Source: Octopus vulgaris (lineage: Eukaryota). From it: a stretch of DNA of 64,000 nucleotides. Both the position numbers and the translations under genes were made by a program. The notes beneath the pieces are model-generated. The model had not been told where the DNA came from. It ran no database searches and worked only from the letters and a program-made list of their open reading frames with translations. This document shows, one piece after another, positions 1 to 12,012 of the stretch. The stretch's first letter is position 1, and the number at the start of each line of letters is the position of its first letter. The stretch lies in NCBI GenBank assembly GCA_951406725.2, contig OX597827.1, positions 36,084,001-36,148,000 on the forward strand, read 5' to 3'.

Positions 1-1810
1 AAGAAAAGCTGCTGTTAAGTATTTTGTTTGTCCACACACTAATGATTCTGCCAGCTTTCCAAACACAAAGCCAACAGTTTTGAAGAGAGCTGGTTAGTAG
101 ATACTACCAACCCCAGTATTTGACTGGTACTTTATTTTGTTGACCCACAAAACGCCAAGTTGTCCTCAATGGAATTTGAACCCATAACATAGAGAGCTTG
201 AACAAGTGTGGCAAGACAGTTTTTACCAATGCTCTAATGATTCTGCCAATCTATTGCCCTTCTTACAATGCTTTCTAATTTAGACACAAAGCCAAAAATT
301 TAGAGGGAAGGGGCAAGTTGATACCATTGATTCCAATATGTTGCTGGTACTTTGTTTTATTGACCCCAAATGGATAAAACATAAAGTTGACCTAAGTAGG
401 ATTTGAAACCAGAACATGTGTTCTAAGAAATACTGCAGTGCATTTTGTCCAGGACTAACAATTCAGCTAGCAAGCTGCCTTGATAAAAATAACATTGGTA
501 GTGTTTAAAGCCTCATTAAGTGTTATTAATAATCCTTTCTACTGAAAGCACAAGGCCTCAAATTTGAGGTAAGGGATTATGTCGATTACATCGACCCCAG
601 TGTGTAACTGGTACTTATTTAATTGACTCCAAAAGGATGAAAGGCAAAGTCAAGCTCAGCAGAATTTGAACTCAGAACGTAGCGACAGACAAAATACCAC
701 TAAGCATTTTGCCTGGCATACTAACAATTCTGCCAGCTTGCTGCCTTAAGTGTTAATAATAATAATGGTAGTGTTATGGATAGCCTGTAAGACTATCTGA
801 ATGGCACACCTAACAAAAAAATTTATTTTAATAGCATGCTCTAACAAACAATGTCTTATGTGGCTGGCTTCTCAAAAAAGGTTGCCCATGCATTTGAATT
901 CAGAATAAAAAGATGGATGAAATGCTGCTAAGCATTTTGCCCAGTGTGCTAATGATTCTGCCAGCTTGCTGCCTTAATATAAATGATAATAATAATTTCA
1001 AATGATAATAGAGTAGACACTAAAGAAATCAAGAAAATTGAGGAATATGAGGACCTAACCAGAGAGATGGCAAGAGTGAGGAAGACAAAAACAATTATTC
1101 CTGCGGTAATTGGTGCACTTGACACAAATCCCAGACTGCTACCTAAGAGGCGGAATGATATTGGAATTGAGATTTTCTCTGCTGAATTGCAGAAAAGTGC
1201 AATCTTGTATTCTGCAAGAATCTTTAGAAAGATTCTTGAGATCTGATGAGACATGTTGTCAACAAACCTCAAACTATTACATGCTAGCTAAACTAGCATG
1301 TAATAGTTTTAATAACAATAATAATAGTCCTTTCTACTAAAGGCACAAGGGCTGAAATTTAAGGGATCGGGATAGTCAGATACATTGACCTTGGTGGGAT
1401 GGAAGACAAAGTCAACCTCGGCAGAATATGAACCCAGAACGCAGCATTCGTCCAGTGTGCTAACAATTCTGCCAATTCACTGCCTTATATAATAATAATA
1501 ATAATAATAGTAATAATAATAACAATTATCATTATTATTATTACAATTGTTCCTAATTTAGACAGAAAGGCAAAGTTGACCTTTGTGGGATTTGAACCTA
1601 GAACATAAAGAGCTGGAAGAAATGCTGCTAAGCATTTTGGTGGGATGGGCTAGGAGATTATATTGGCCCCAGGACTCAACTGGTATTTATTTTATCAACC
1701 ATGAAAGGTAAAAGCAACCATGGTAGCAATTGATCCCAAAATATAAAGCTGGAAGAAATGCCACAAAACACTTTGCCTGACACGCTAACAATTCTGCTAG
1801 TCCACCACCC

Positions 1811-1854
<44 letters not shown>

Positions 1855-2103
1855 TTAATAATAATTACAACAACAACAACAACAATAATCCTTTCTACAA
1901 TGGGCACAAAGCCTGAAATTTAAGGGGACTGGGTTAGTCAATTACGTTCGCCCAGGGCGCAACTGGAACTTATTTTATTGAACCTGGAAGGATGAAAGGC
2001 AAAGTCAACTTGGGTATAATTTGAACTCAGAACATAAAACCAGAAGAAATACTGTGAAGCATTTTGTCTGGTATGCTAATGATTCAGCTAGTTCACATCC
2101 TTT
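1..2103 (-). mobile_element. Tandem cluster of about 7-8 copies or fragments of tRNA-derived SINE family A
   Basis: Repeated unit (minus strand) GGCAGCAAGCTGGCAGAATTGTTAG...GAGTTCAAATTC...GCCTTTCATCCTT...TAAGTACCAG...CCTTGTGC...GAAAGGATTATTATT, with A/B-box-like motifs. Copies are separated by (TAA)n. Confidence 0.85.
990..1320 (+). mobile_element. 3' fragment of a Dong/R4-type non-LTR retrotransposon (REL endonuclease C-terminus plus 3'UTR)
   Basis: Translation KIEEYEDLTREMAR...IPAVIGAL...LQKSAILYSARIFRKIL, flanked by (TAA)-like repeats. Confidence 0.8.
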
Positions 2104-2211
2104 ATAATAATAATAATAACAATGACAATATATTGCTCTATGCGTATGTGTGTTGTGGAGTAGACAGAAGTAAAAAATAGACAAAAAACAAGTGATGGTG
2201 TTTGAAAAGGT

Positions 2212-2748
2212 TTAGTGGTTTTCTATTTGGTCAACATCAAGATCAGCAATGGGGGGTTTGTCCCTCCCATAATAGTCCTCATTTTCAGTCATTTGATCCT
2301 CATCATCGTCGTCGTCATCATCATCATCACAGCCACAGAAACTAGGATTAGATTCATCACTCACATACACCAGTGGGTCCCAGCCAGCTGGACCAACAGA
2401 CCGACTTGAAACAACAAAGGGTCTTTCAAAGCTGGCATCGTCCCAGCGAGAACATCCATCGTCAGAATCATTTCGTCTAATGTTATGAAGGGAATTGGGG
2501 CAACATTCATCGGCAGTGGGTTTCTCGGCAGCAGCAGCAGCCCGAGCGGCAGCCTCTCCAGCTTCTGTGGCAGCTGAGATTTCAGCATCTTCCGACATGA
2601 TATCATCAGTGTGGTCATCAGGTAAAAGGCAGGTTGATCGGAGAACTTCAATAGAAACTGGCTCTGAGACTGACATTGGGTTCAAGTTTGGCTTCGCAGT
2701 TGTCATTTGGTCTTCAGGAAACTGTTGAAACCAACTAACTTTTGGCCC
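2212..2748 (-). CDS. FAM53: FAM53-family protein, terminal coding exon (GPKVSWFQ...acidic tract...DLDVDQIENH*)
   Basis: Acceptor TTTTCCAG|GGG, in frame with ORF 2212..2706. The C-terminus DLDVDQIENH matches the FAM53 terminal motif (DLD.EQIE.N). Stop TAA at 2214-2212. Confidence 0.9.
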   Translation of the reverse strand, partial: GPKVSWFQQFPEDQMTTAKPNLNPMSVSEPVSIEVLRSTCLLPDDHTDDIMSEDAEISAATEAGEAAARAAAAAEKPTADECCPNSLHNIRRNDSDDGCSRWDDASFERPFVVSSRSVGPAGWDPLVYVSDESNPSFCGCDDDDDDDDDEDQMTENEDYYGRDKPPIADLDVDQIENH

Positions 2749-3296
2749 CTGGAAAAGAAAAGAAAAAAAAAAACCAAATTATTGTTGACATCATAAGAAT
2801 TCAGAAACTATGAGAACATGAAATAAGTTTTTGGAATTCTTTATCCTCTTGAAGAAGATAAAGCTGTAAATCATGTGTTACACAACACTGGTCACAATGT
2901 GCAGTGTATCATTTTAGCCACTCCACTGGATAAGCAAGCAGGCAAACATTCCCTCTTGATTGAAAGGAGATTGGAGCAATGTGAAATGGAGTGTTTTACT
3001 CAAGAACACAATGCACTGTCCAGTCTGGGAATGGAACATATGCTCTAGCATTTGTGAGGGCAACACCCTAACCACAAGGCCACGTGTCTTTGCAAAGCTG
3101 TAAATAACAGAGTGTAAGATTAAAAAAACTCTCTTGACTAGGAAAAGTTGAAGGCTGTCCATGGGATTTGAGCTCAGATCTACTGTAAACATGACATGTT
3201 TTTCTACCTAAAAGGTTTTTAAACCCAATAATTATATTATGTATAGCTTTATATGCATCAAGACTCATCCTTCCAAAAAATAGAATTATTAATTAC

Positions 3297-3716
3297 CATG
3301 GCTGTGTGGTAAGAAGTTTTGTTTCCCAACCACATGGTTCCAGGTTCAGACCCATTGCATGGCACCTTGGGCATGTGTCTTTTAATATAACCTTGGGCTG
3401 ACCAAAGTCTTGTGAGTGGATTTGGTAGATTGAAACTGAAAGAAGCCTGTCATATATATATATACACACACAAATATGCAATGACATGCATACACACCAT
3501 GTGTGTGTGTGTGTGTGCATGTCATTGTTTATCCCCCACCACTGCCTGACAACCAGTACTGGTGAACTTACATCACTATAACTTAGTAGTTCAGCAAAAG
3601 AAAGACCAATGCAATAAATACTAGGCTTTACAAAAAATAATTAGTACTGGGATTGATTCTTCAAGGTGGTGCCCCAGCAGTCTAATGACTAAATCAAGAG
3701 ATAAAAGCTAAAGATA
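3297..3716 (+). mobile_element. SINE family B (tRNA-like head, CORE-like ACCTTGGGCA, internal microsatellite)
   Basis: GGCTGTGTGGTAAGAAG...GGTTCAG...GGCACCTTGGGCA...GAAACTGAAAGAAGCC-(TA)n(TG)n-...GGTGGTGCCCCAGC...ATGACT...AAAAG tail. More than 15 related copies occur in the window. Confidence 0.85.
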
Positions 3717-4230
3717 TTTGATAGTATATATTAGAGGTTCTCAACCATTTTTTTTACCTATTTTAATCTGGTAGACCTCCAAAGCCATTCAATGTTTAAA
3801 AACTAGTTTTATAGAAACTTATTTCAAAATTCTTATTTTGTTATTCACACATTAACTTGTGTAGGTCAAACTATGTAAACTATTAGAGAAAGAAACTTTG
3901 CAATACATACAAATACATGCATCTAAAGCAAAATTTTTTCAGGGGCCTTTAAAACATTACTTTGGGTCCCAAATTTACTACTTTATTGCATAGACCCCTA
4001 AAAATCTTATATAGACCCTCAAGGGCCACATGGACCTCAACCATTAGTATATATGATGTATGTTTTTTTCAAAAAAAATGTCTCAAAAAAAAAAAGAAAA
4101 AAATTACCATGGGTCCTATATTTGAAGTTTGGTCAATAATATATGCTTTAATGTACTAAAAACTATTTTGTGTCTTTTATGCCATCAAACATGGTACTCC
4201 AAAATTTAAAAAAAAACAAAAAAACTTGGA

Positions 4231-4637
4231 GCAGGCATGGTTATGTGTTAAGAAGCTTGCTTTCTAATCACATGGTTCCAGGTTTGGTCCCACTGTGTGA
4301 CACATTGGGCAAGTGTCTTCTTCTATAGTTTTGGTATAGCCTTGTGAGTAGATTTGTTAACAGAAACTGAAAGAAGGCCATTGTGTATATATATTTATAT
4401 ATATATATATGTGTGTGTGTGTGTACCTTTGTGTTTATGTTTGTCTACCACCACCACTTGAGAACTGGTGTTGGTGTGTTTACATCCCTGTAACTTAATG
4501 GTTCAAAAAAAGAGACCAATAAGAAAAATACCAGGCTTAAAAAAAAAGCAAAGAAAGCATCCATTCGACCAAAAATTCTTCTAGGCAGTGCTCCAGCATG
4601 ACATCAGTCCAATGATTAACAATATAAAAGATAAAAT
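4231..4637 (+). mobile_element. SINE family B copy
   Basis: Same head, internal (TA)n(TG)n and tail as 3297-3716. Confidence 0.8.
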
Positions 4638-6104
4638 AGGAAATTGATCCAGGTCAGTTCTCATCAAGCAGATCTGCAATCATGATGATGCAATTGACCC
4701 CAGCACTTACTTTTTAATCTAGTACTCATTCTCTTGGTCTCTTTTGTTGAACTACTAAGTTATGAGGATGTAAACAAGTGACAACAGTTGTCAAGTAGTG
4801 GTGGGAGATACGTATTAAGACACACACACACACACACACTCAAAACTCTAATGATGAACGTAACAGTTATGAAAGCACTCAGCACACTGTGAAATGGTTG
4901 GCATTAGGAAGGTCATCCAGCTATAGAAAACAAAGCCAAAACAGATTAAGGAACCTGGTGTGGCTCCAGGCCTTGTCAGTTCCTATCAAGTAATTCAACC
5001 CATGCCAGCAGGGAAAATGGACGTTAAATGTTGCAGCTGCTGATGATGATGATGTTACATAATTACTGTTACAGTGAAACTAGATTTCATAGTTCAAAGT
5101 CTGACATTTCAAATCCATATTGGTCAGTTAACATCTCAATTAAGCAGCTAATAATATAAGACTTCCATTGACTACAGTAGCGGGTGCTACAATTAGTGAA
5201 TTAGGGCAAAACTGATGGTTTCAAGAATCACTCACCCGAAACAATTTACTCAGGTGGGATGAGTCAACGATATAAGTAGCTTCATCTGATAATAAGTAAA
5301 ACAGTAGACACATCTTACTGCAAATAAATTCCTCCCTCCCTTCTACTTTTATCCACTATCACACCATACTATCACTCTTCTTTGCTCTCTCCTTCCAAAT
5401 TATATATTCACCACTATTTTGTAAATATCTCTCCTTCCTCTATCTCTTTCTCTGCCATAGGCACAAACATATTTCAGTCCAAACATTAATACATTATGTC
5501 ACATAAGAAAGCACATTCATAGTCATTGTACTACTTTTTCTCTCTCCCTCTTCCACCCTCTATCTCTCTCATGCAAACACACACACAAACTACCTATGAT
5601 CTTAAGAACAATACATAGTTACTATTTCACATATGCACAAACACATATACGCAGATTTCCTCAAACAACCTCATACTCTCCAGATGATAGAAAGATTCTC
5701 CACCAATACTTAGATTTAATGTGAAAATTCCTCCACCCAACAAAAGTGATTATGTTCATGGAGCTGACATCACAGGTCTGAATACAGAAGTAACCTCTTA
5801 TGTAGCTGCCTAACTTGCTAGAAATAGCAAACAAATTTTCTCAAAATCACATTTTGTGGATATTTAAGAAAAGAAGGGCACATTGGAAAGATGCAACAGA
5901 TGGAATCATCATGACTGGAGGATCTTTGATCGTAAGTGCCCACATAGAGGATAAACAGCATTACTAGCTCTTCTCCAACTACCCTCTCATCAATTTATCC
6001 CATTCACTCCTCCAACGCCTTTCTCAAACAACAGGCTAGCCGCCACCACTGTCACCACCACCACCACCATAATCAGAATCCCCCATACATACCACATAAC
6101 TCAC

Positions 6105-6170
6105 CTGATGCAGATTCTGTAAGATTTGTTCACTGGCTTCTGTCTGACATGTAGAATTGCCATAAGCAGT
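6105..6170 (-). CDS. FAM53: FAM53-family protein, coding exon 4 (TAYGNSTCQTEASEQILQNLHQ)
   Basis: Acceptor CTCCCTCAG| and donor CAG|GTGAGT. The exon is 66 nt, phase 0-0, open, and continues KMTQ-TAY. Confidence 0.8.
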
Positions 6171-6235
6171 CTGAGGGAGACAGGAAGAGTGAATAAGTGA
6201 GATAAAAGAGTGAGTATGTGAACACAAGAGAGAGA

Positions 6236-6299
<64 letters not shown>

Positions 6300-6799
6300 T
6301 ATATACATACACACATGCACACACATGCATATGTATAATGTGTTTGAGTGTAAGAGATACAGATAAACTGGACAGATGAGGTGTGCTGGAGGGGAGGGTT
6401 TTAGATGAGGTTGAGAAAGGTTAATTAGTAAAGAAGATAATAAGTGAAAAAGAAAAAAAACAACAAAAAATTTGGATTAACTAGTGCACTCAGTACACCA
6501 TCTTAACCTACCTGCCCATCCCTCACACTAGCACCGGTCACCCACAATCACAAAAGCAAATACTGCAAATTCTGTGTGGGTGTATTTATATTTGTATGTA
6601 TAAGTGTCTGCAATTTGATTTTTAACACAAATAAAAGACAGTACAGGGATAGATATTACATGATATGCATACACAACTGAACAAATAAAGCATACATAAG
6701 ACATACACCTACATGCAATTATACATGAACACACAAATACATACATTCACTTATATATACACACACACACAGTCATACAATTATAGTCACACATCATCA

Positions 6800-7380
6800 C
6801 CAGAATCCTTTTTACATCTGTGTTTTTTTCCCCCTGCTTGAATGAGATGTATAGATCTTTTCCAGCATAGTTATGCCATGTGTTGTAGTCTTTTTCTTAT
6901 CTCCTTTGTGAGGCTTAGCCTTTTGAAACAAATTTTCACCCTTTCTTCCTAACCCTTCATCCACAAGTTCCTTTCACTTAAATCACACTTTTTTTCAACC
7001 CAACACTCTGTCATTCTCCATAAATATCATCACATGCCAGCCAATGTATTCTTCTCTCCTGTACACTACATCTCATGGCTCTTATACACAATTTTTCTCT
7101 CAGTTCATTTGTGCTCAGTCATTCATGCACACAAACATTACATATCTAGTGGAGCATGTGCATCTCATTTCTTTACAGCCTTGCACATCCACTACATTCA
7201 GTATCCATGATTTACTGGTATACAACACTATACTTCATATATCATACAATCTGCCTTTCACTTGAAGTCAGATACTCTTTGTTGTCAATAGAAAGGTAAT
7301 ATCACCCAAAGATTTTCCACTTTGTTCTTATTCTTGTTACTATGCTTTCCGAGCACCCACTTCTTCTGAGCATTTGAAGC
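6800..7380 (-). mobile_element. Degenerate RTE-clade LINE fragment (RT C-terminal region)
   Basis: Minus-strand translation SGCSESIVTRIRTKWKIF...TKSI*LQVKGRLYD, typical of the RTE RT thumb region. Contains stops and frameshifts. Confidence 0.65.
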
Positions 7381-8241
7381 AATTTACATCATGGGTGCTC
7401 TGACTGCTTGCTAACTGCTCCTGTGTGTCTTCTACATACAAAGTCTTACTTCTCTATCAATTGTCAATCCCTTTATACCTCTCATACACCCATAATTTAC
7501 ACAGGATACACCAGCCCTGGTTAAACTGTCTGATCCATGCCAGCATGGATGACAGACGTTAGATAATAATATGATGTACACCTTTTCTGCATATTTTGTT
7601 AGGCCACTTCCTTAATATCTAATGAATCCCATCTTCTTTCTTGCTAACTAAAACTTTTATCCTTGTTAGGTTTCATTAAGATCTTTTGGTTCTAAGTTCT
7701 GATAAAACTCTTGGAATTTCTTCTTTAAATTTTGTACAGATTCAGCTTTGAGAATTAAAACATCAGCTTACAGGAGTTCCCACAGATTTAAATTTGTCTG
7801 AGAACCATAATAAATGTGAGAAAACTGAGAACAAAGGAAACCCACTAGCACACCATATTTTTTAATGAGCATGTTGCTAACACTTCTAACCATATAGCTG
7901 TCAACTTCAGTTAGTAGCCCCTCTGTTGGGTCTACTTGGAATAATCCTACTCACTTCCATGTGTTCTCTACATTCGACAATTTCTTGTAATAACATTTCC
8001 AAGCCTCTCTCTATTTGGCATCAGTGAGGTTAAAGTGTGCTACTATCAGTCCACACACACTTTCCAACAATCTCTCAATTTGTAGTGACACTTTGCATTG
8101 TACTCTGGGATATCACAGGCTTTTGATCCTCTTATTGCATAACATTAGCAAAACATTTTCAGATTCACATTAACACAACATTCTGAAGTGTTTATATGAA
8201 ACACTTTAGACATCTACTTTAGATGCTCCTGCTGCTACTCT

Positions 8242-8261
<20 letters not shown>

Positions 8262-8272
<11 letters not shown>

Positions 8273-9400
8273 CAGAAGAACTAGGAAGGAAGTTAATATG
8301 AATGGAGGACTCTGCACAAAGGCAGGAGTAGCAAGATTATACCTACCTAGAAAGGAAGGTGGAAGGGGGTTGATATCAGTAGAAGACTGCATGGAGTTAG
8401 CTAGAGTATATATACACTCCTATGTACATAATAGTGAAAAAAAGTTTATTAAAAGCTGCTAGAGTCACAGCAAGACACAGGGAAACCAAAACCCCAAACA
8501 AAGTAAAAAAAAAAACAGAAAAAAGAACAGAAATTATCTGACTGGTAGGAGAAGGTGTTGCATGGTAGATTCCCAAAGATAGTTGTAGCAAATAATAGTA
8601 GTGAGACATGGTTATGGTTGCAGAAAGGAAAGCTGAAGAGGGAGACAGTAGCTGCACAAGATCAAGCATTAAGGACTAATTGGATAAAAGCCAAGATAGA
8701 CAAAAACCAAGTAGATTCCCAATGTAGACTTTGCAAATCAAAAGAGGAAAGCATTACTCTTATAGTAAGTGAATGGAGTATGCTGGCACAGAAAGAGTAC
8801 AAGAAAAGACATGGCAATCTAGGGAGAGCAATCCACTGGGAGCTATGTAGAAAGCTAGGATTTGAACATACTGGTAAATGGTATGAACATGAATCTAACA
8901 AAGTCCTAGAAAGGAAAAAATATAAGATGTAATGGGACTTTAACATTCAGACTGACAGAGTAATAGAAGCTAGAAGGCCTGATTTGGTAGTAGTATATAA
9001 AGGGAGTAGAAAGTGCCTAATAATTGACTTTATAAGTCTCAAATGTTGAAAAAATTAATATGTAAGGTATAGAAAAAATAGCAAAGTACCAAGACCTAGC
9101 TATTGAATTAGAGAGATTATGGAAAGTGCAGGTATGCATCCCAGTAGTTATAAGTGCATTGAGAAATATCCCTAAAGATCTGAATAGGACAGAGGAAATA
9201 GGCATAAAACCCAGTTTAGTACAGCTCCAAAAAACAGTGTTATTAGGGACAGCTAGGATACTTAGAAGGATTCTTGGCATCTAAGATTATTTGCTGTAAC
9301 CCAATAGGAGGGTTCTAGGTATCTAAGGTTACTTGTTGCAGCCTGATGTTAGGATTCTTTTCTTTTCCAACAGTCTAATCTGTTGAGTGTATATGAAAAT
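8262..9400 (+). mobile_element. 5'-truncated Dong/R4-type non-LTR retrotransposon (pseudogenised)
   Basis: LYLPRKEGGRGL, AAQDQALRTN, CCHC-knuckle remnant CRLCKSKEESITLIVSEW, REL nuclease motif RRPDLVVV...IDF...KIAKYQDL, ending TARILRRILG. Both flanks are (TAA)n. Confidence 0.88.
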
Positions 9401-9410
9401 AATAATTATA

Positions 9411-9611
9411 ATAATCCTTTCTACTAAAGGGACAAGGCCTGAGATTTTGAGGAGAGGGGACTAGTCGATTTCATCAACCTCAGTGTTTCACCCTGAAAGG
9501 ATGAAAGGCAAAGTCGACCTTGGTAGAATTTAAACTCAGAATGTAAGGATGGATGAAATGCTGCCAGGCATTTTGCCAAACGTGCTAACAATTCTGCCAG
9601 CTCGCCACCTT
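9411..9611 (-). mobile_element. SINE family A copy, tail-to-tail with the Dong/R4 element
   Basis: Matches the family A unit; its (ATT)n tail abuts the LINE 3' end. Confidence 0.8.
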
Positions 9612-10617
9612 CATAATAATAATAATAAGAATAAGAACAAGAAGCGGATATATAAACCCACATCATCGACCTATGTGTGTGTGTGTGGGGGGGGATGGAT
9701 GGATGAATGTATGGATCAAAAGAAGAAAAATGAAATCAAAATCAAATTAATGCTGGCTGTATTTACATACACTCACAACACATTGTACATATGGTGTATA
9801 TAGGTTCAACAGTGCAATGTACTTATATGTCTAATGATAAGTATCAATGTAGGTTCGTGTGGTCTTGAGTAGCTTCAGGGGAAATTCATGTTTCAAGCAT
9901 TTGAAGCTAAAGGTCATCTTATGCTGATTCCAACTATTACAATGATGAAAAATGGTTTATTCTGTCATTTTCCTTATTCTTGGGGGGTCTTTAAAAGTCA
10001 TGGGCACCATACATAAATATATTACAGAGTGCAAGGTGTGACTGTGTAGTTAAGAAGTTTGCTTTTCAACTACATGGTTTTGAGTTCAGTCCCATTGCGT
10101 GGCACTTTGGGCAAGTGTCTTTCTACTACTACAACCCCAGGCTGACCGAACCTTGTGAATGGATTTAGTGGATGGAAACTGAAAGAAGCCCATTGTGTCT
10201 GCATATATATGAGTGTGTGTGTTTCGTAGTCTTGATATTGCACCATAGTTGTGATTGCTACTGTTATACAAGCAGTCTGGCCATGGCATAATATCTTGCT
10301 TGAAAACAGGCAAGGGTTAGCAACAGAAAGAGCATCGGGCTTTGAAAAATCTGCTCCAATAAATACTAATCCATACAAGTATAGAAAAAGTGGATGTTGA
10401 CATCATAGTGAAGATGATGATAGTGACACACAAAAAACATACATCCAGATATATTTCAACCTGGGTCATAATTTCTCTGAAGTATTCGTTTTATTTTTTT
10501 TTGCAACATAGAACTCCCAGCCTAACTCTTTTATTTTATACATACACCATTATGCTTGGTTTAATACCACCTCCTCACCCATGAATTTTGCTCTTCACAC
10601 CTACACTTCTCTAGATT

Positions 10618-10932
10618 CTTTTATTCTTTTACTTGTTTCAATCATTTGACTGCAGCCATGCTGGAGCACCACCTTAAAGGAATTATAGTTGAAGAAATTG
10701 ACCCCAGAACTTATTCTTTGTAAGCCTAGTACTTATTCTATCAGTCTTTTTTGTCAAACTACTAAGTTATGGGGATGTGAGTACACCAACATTAGTTGTC
10801 AAGCGATGGTGGTGGGGACAAACACAGAATCATACACATATATCACGGGCTTCTTTCAGTTTCTGTCTACCAAATCCACTTACAAGGCTTTGGTTGGCCT
10901 GAGGCTATAGTAGAAGACACTTGTCCAAGGTG
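10618..10932 (-). mobile_element. SINE family B copy (5'-truncated)
   Basis: Reverse complement of the family B body and tail. Confidence 0.8.
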
Positions 10933-11774
10933 TTAAAAAACAAAAAACAAAAAAAAAAACTAAACCTGGAAAATTCACCCTTCTTTAACATTTGTGAACT
11001 CTGATTTAACCTAGACTCTACACACATCACTTCATACTAACACAAACCACACATCCAAATGTTTATGTGGATTTCATTCTTACTGCAATTCATTTGTCTC
11101 ACTTAGATCTCACTTTGAATCTCTCTCTCTCTCTCTCTCTCATTGTCTTGTTAATGACTAACAGTACAGCTTTTATATAACCAGATTTACTGGTGACCTA
11201 CTCTATTATATCACTTATCAGTGGGCTCTCAGACCTCAAAAAATTTGATGAAAATAGTGTTATTGTCCTCAACAAAACCAAAGCTTTCAATTGTGCCTAG
11301 CATGTGAATCTTCTGGCAAAACTACTCATCAATGGGCTCTACCTGTCTTTTGCTTCTATGTTCAAAGATTCCTATCAGATTGTCCCATTACAGTATGTAC
11401 TGCTGGAATTCCCTGACCTACATTCTAAAAATGCTGGTATGTCTCAAGATTTAGTTTTCTTCTTCCCACACATACACATGTACTTCCTCATCATCATACA
11501 TCAATGCCCTACATGCCATCACTTTCAACAACACCCACTCATACACAGACAAAACTCCTCATTCCTTCTTCACCCATGTTACTCAAATGTCAGTCACAAG
11601 CAACTTTGGCACCTCATGGTAAACCTGCACTGAGTTCACAAACAGGGACCTAGGAAGCAATCTGTGATAAGATCAGGCCAACAGTGTCTTCATTAACAGC
11701 ACATATGCAATCACAGCATATATTTAGAAAACATTAATTGAGAAAGAGAGAGAGAAGAGACAGAGTGAGAGTGT

Positions 11775-11848
<74 letters not shown>

Positions 11849-12012
11849 AGGAACGTGTTAATGTGAGCAAAAGTGAGGATCAGCATGAGTTTATGCATGA
11901 AGAGAAAGAGAGAAAGGAGAAAATAAATAAAAGCTTGTGTGTTTGTGTGTGCATGCACGCCACACATGCATCATTAAACAACACTAACAACAAAAAAGAT
12001 TTTAAAACTGAC

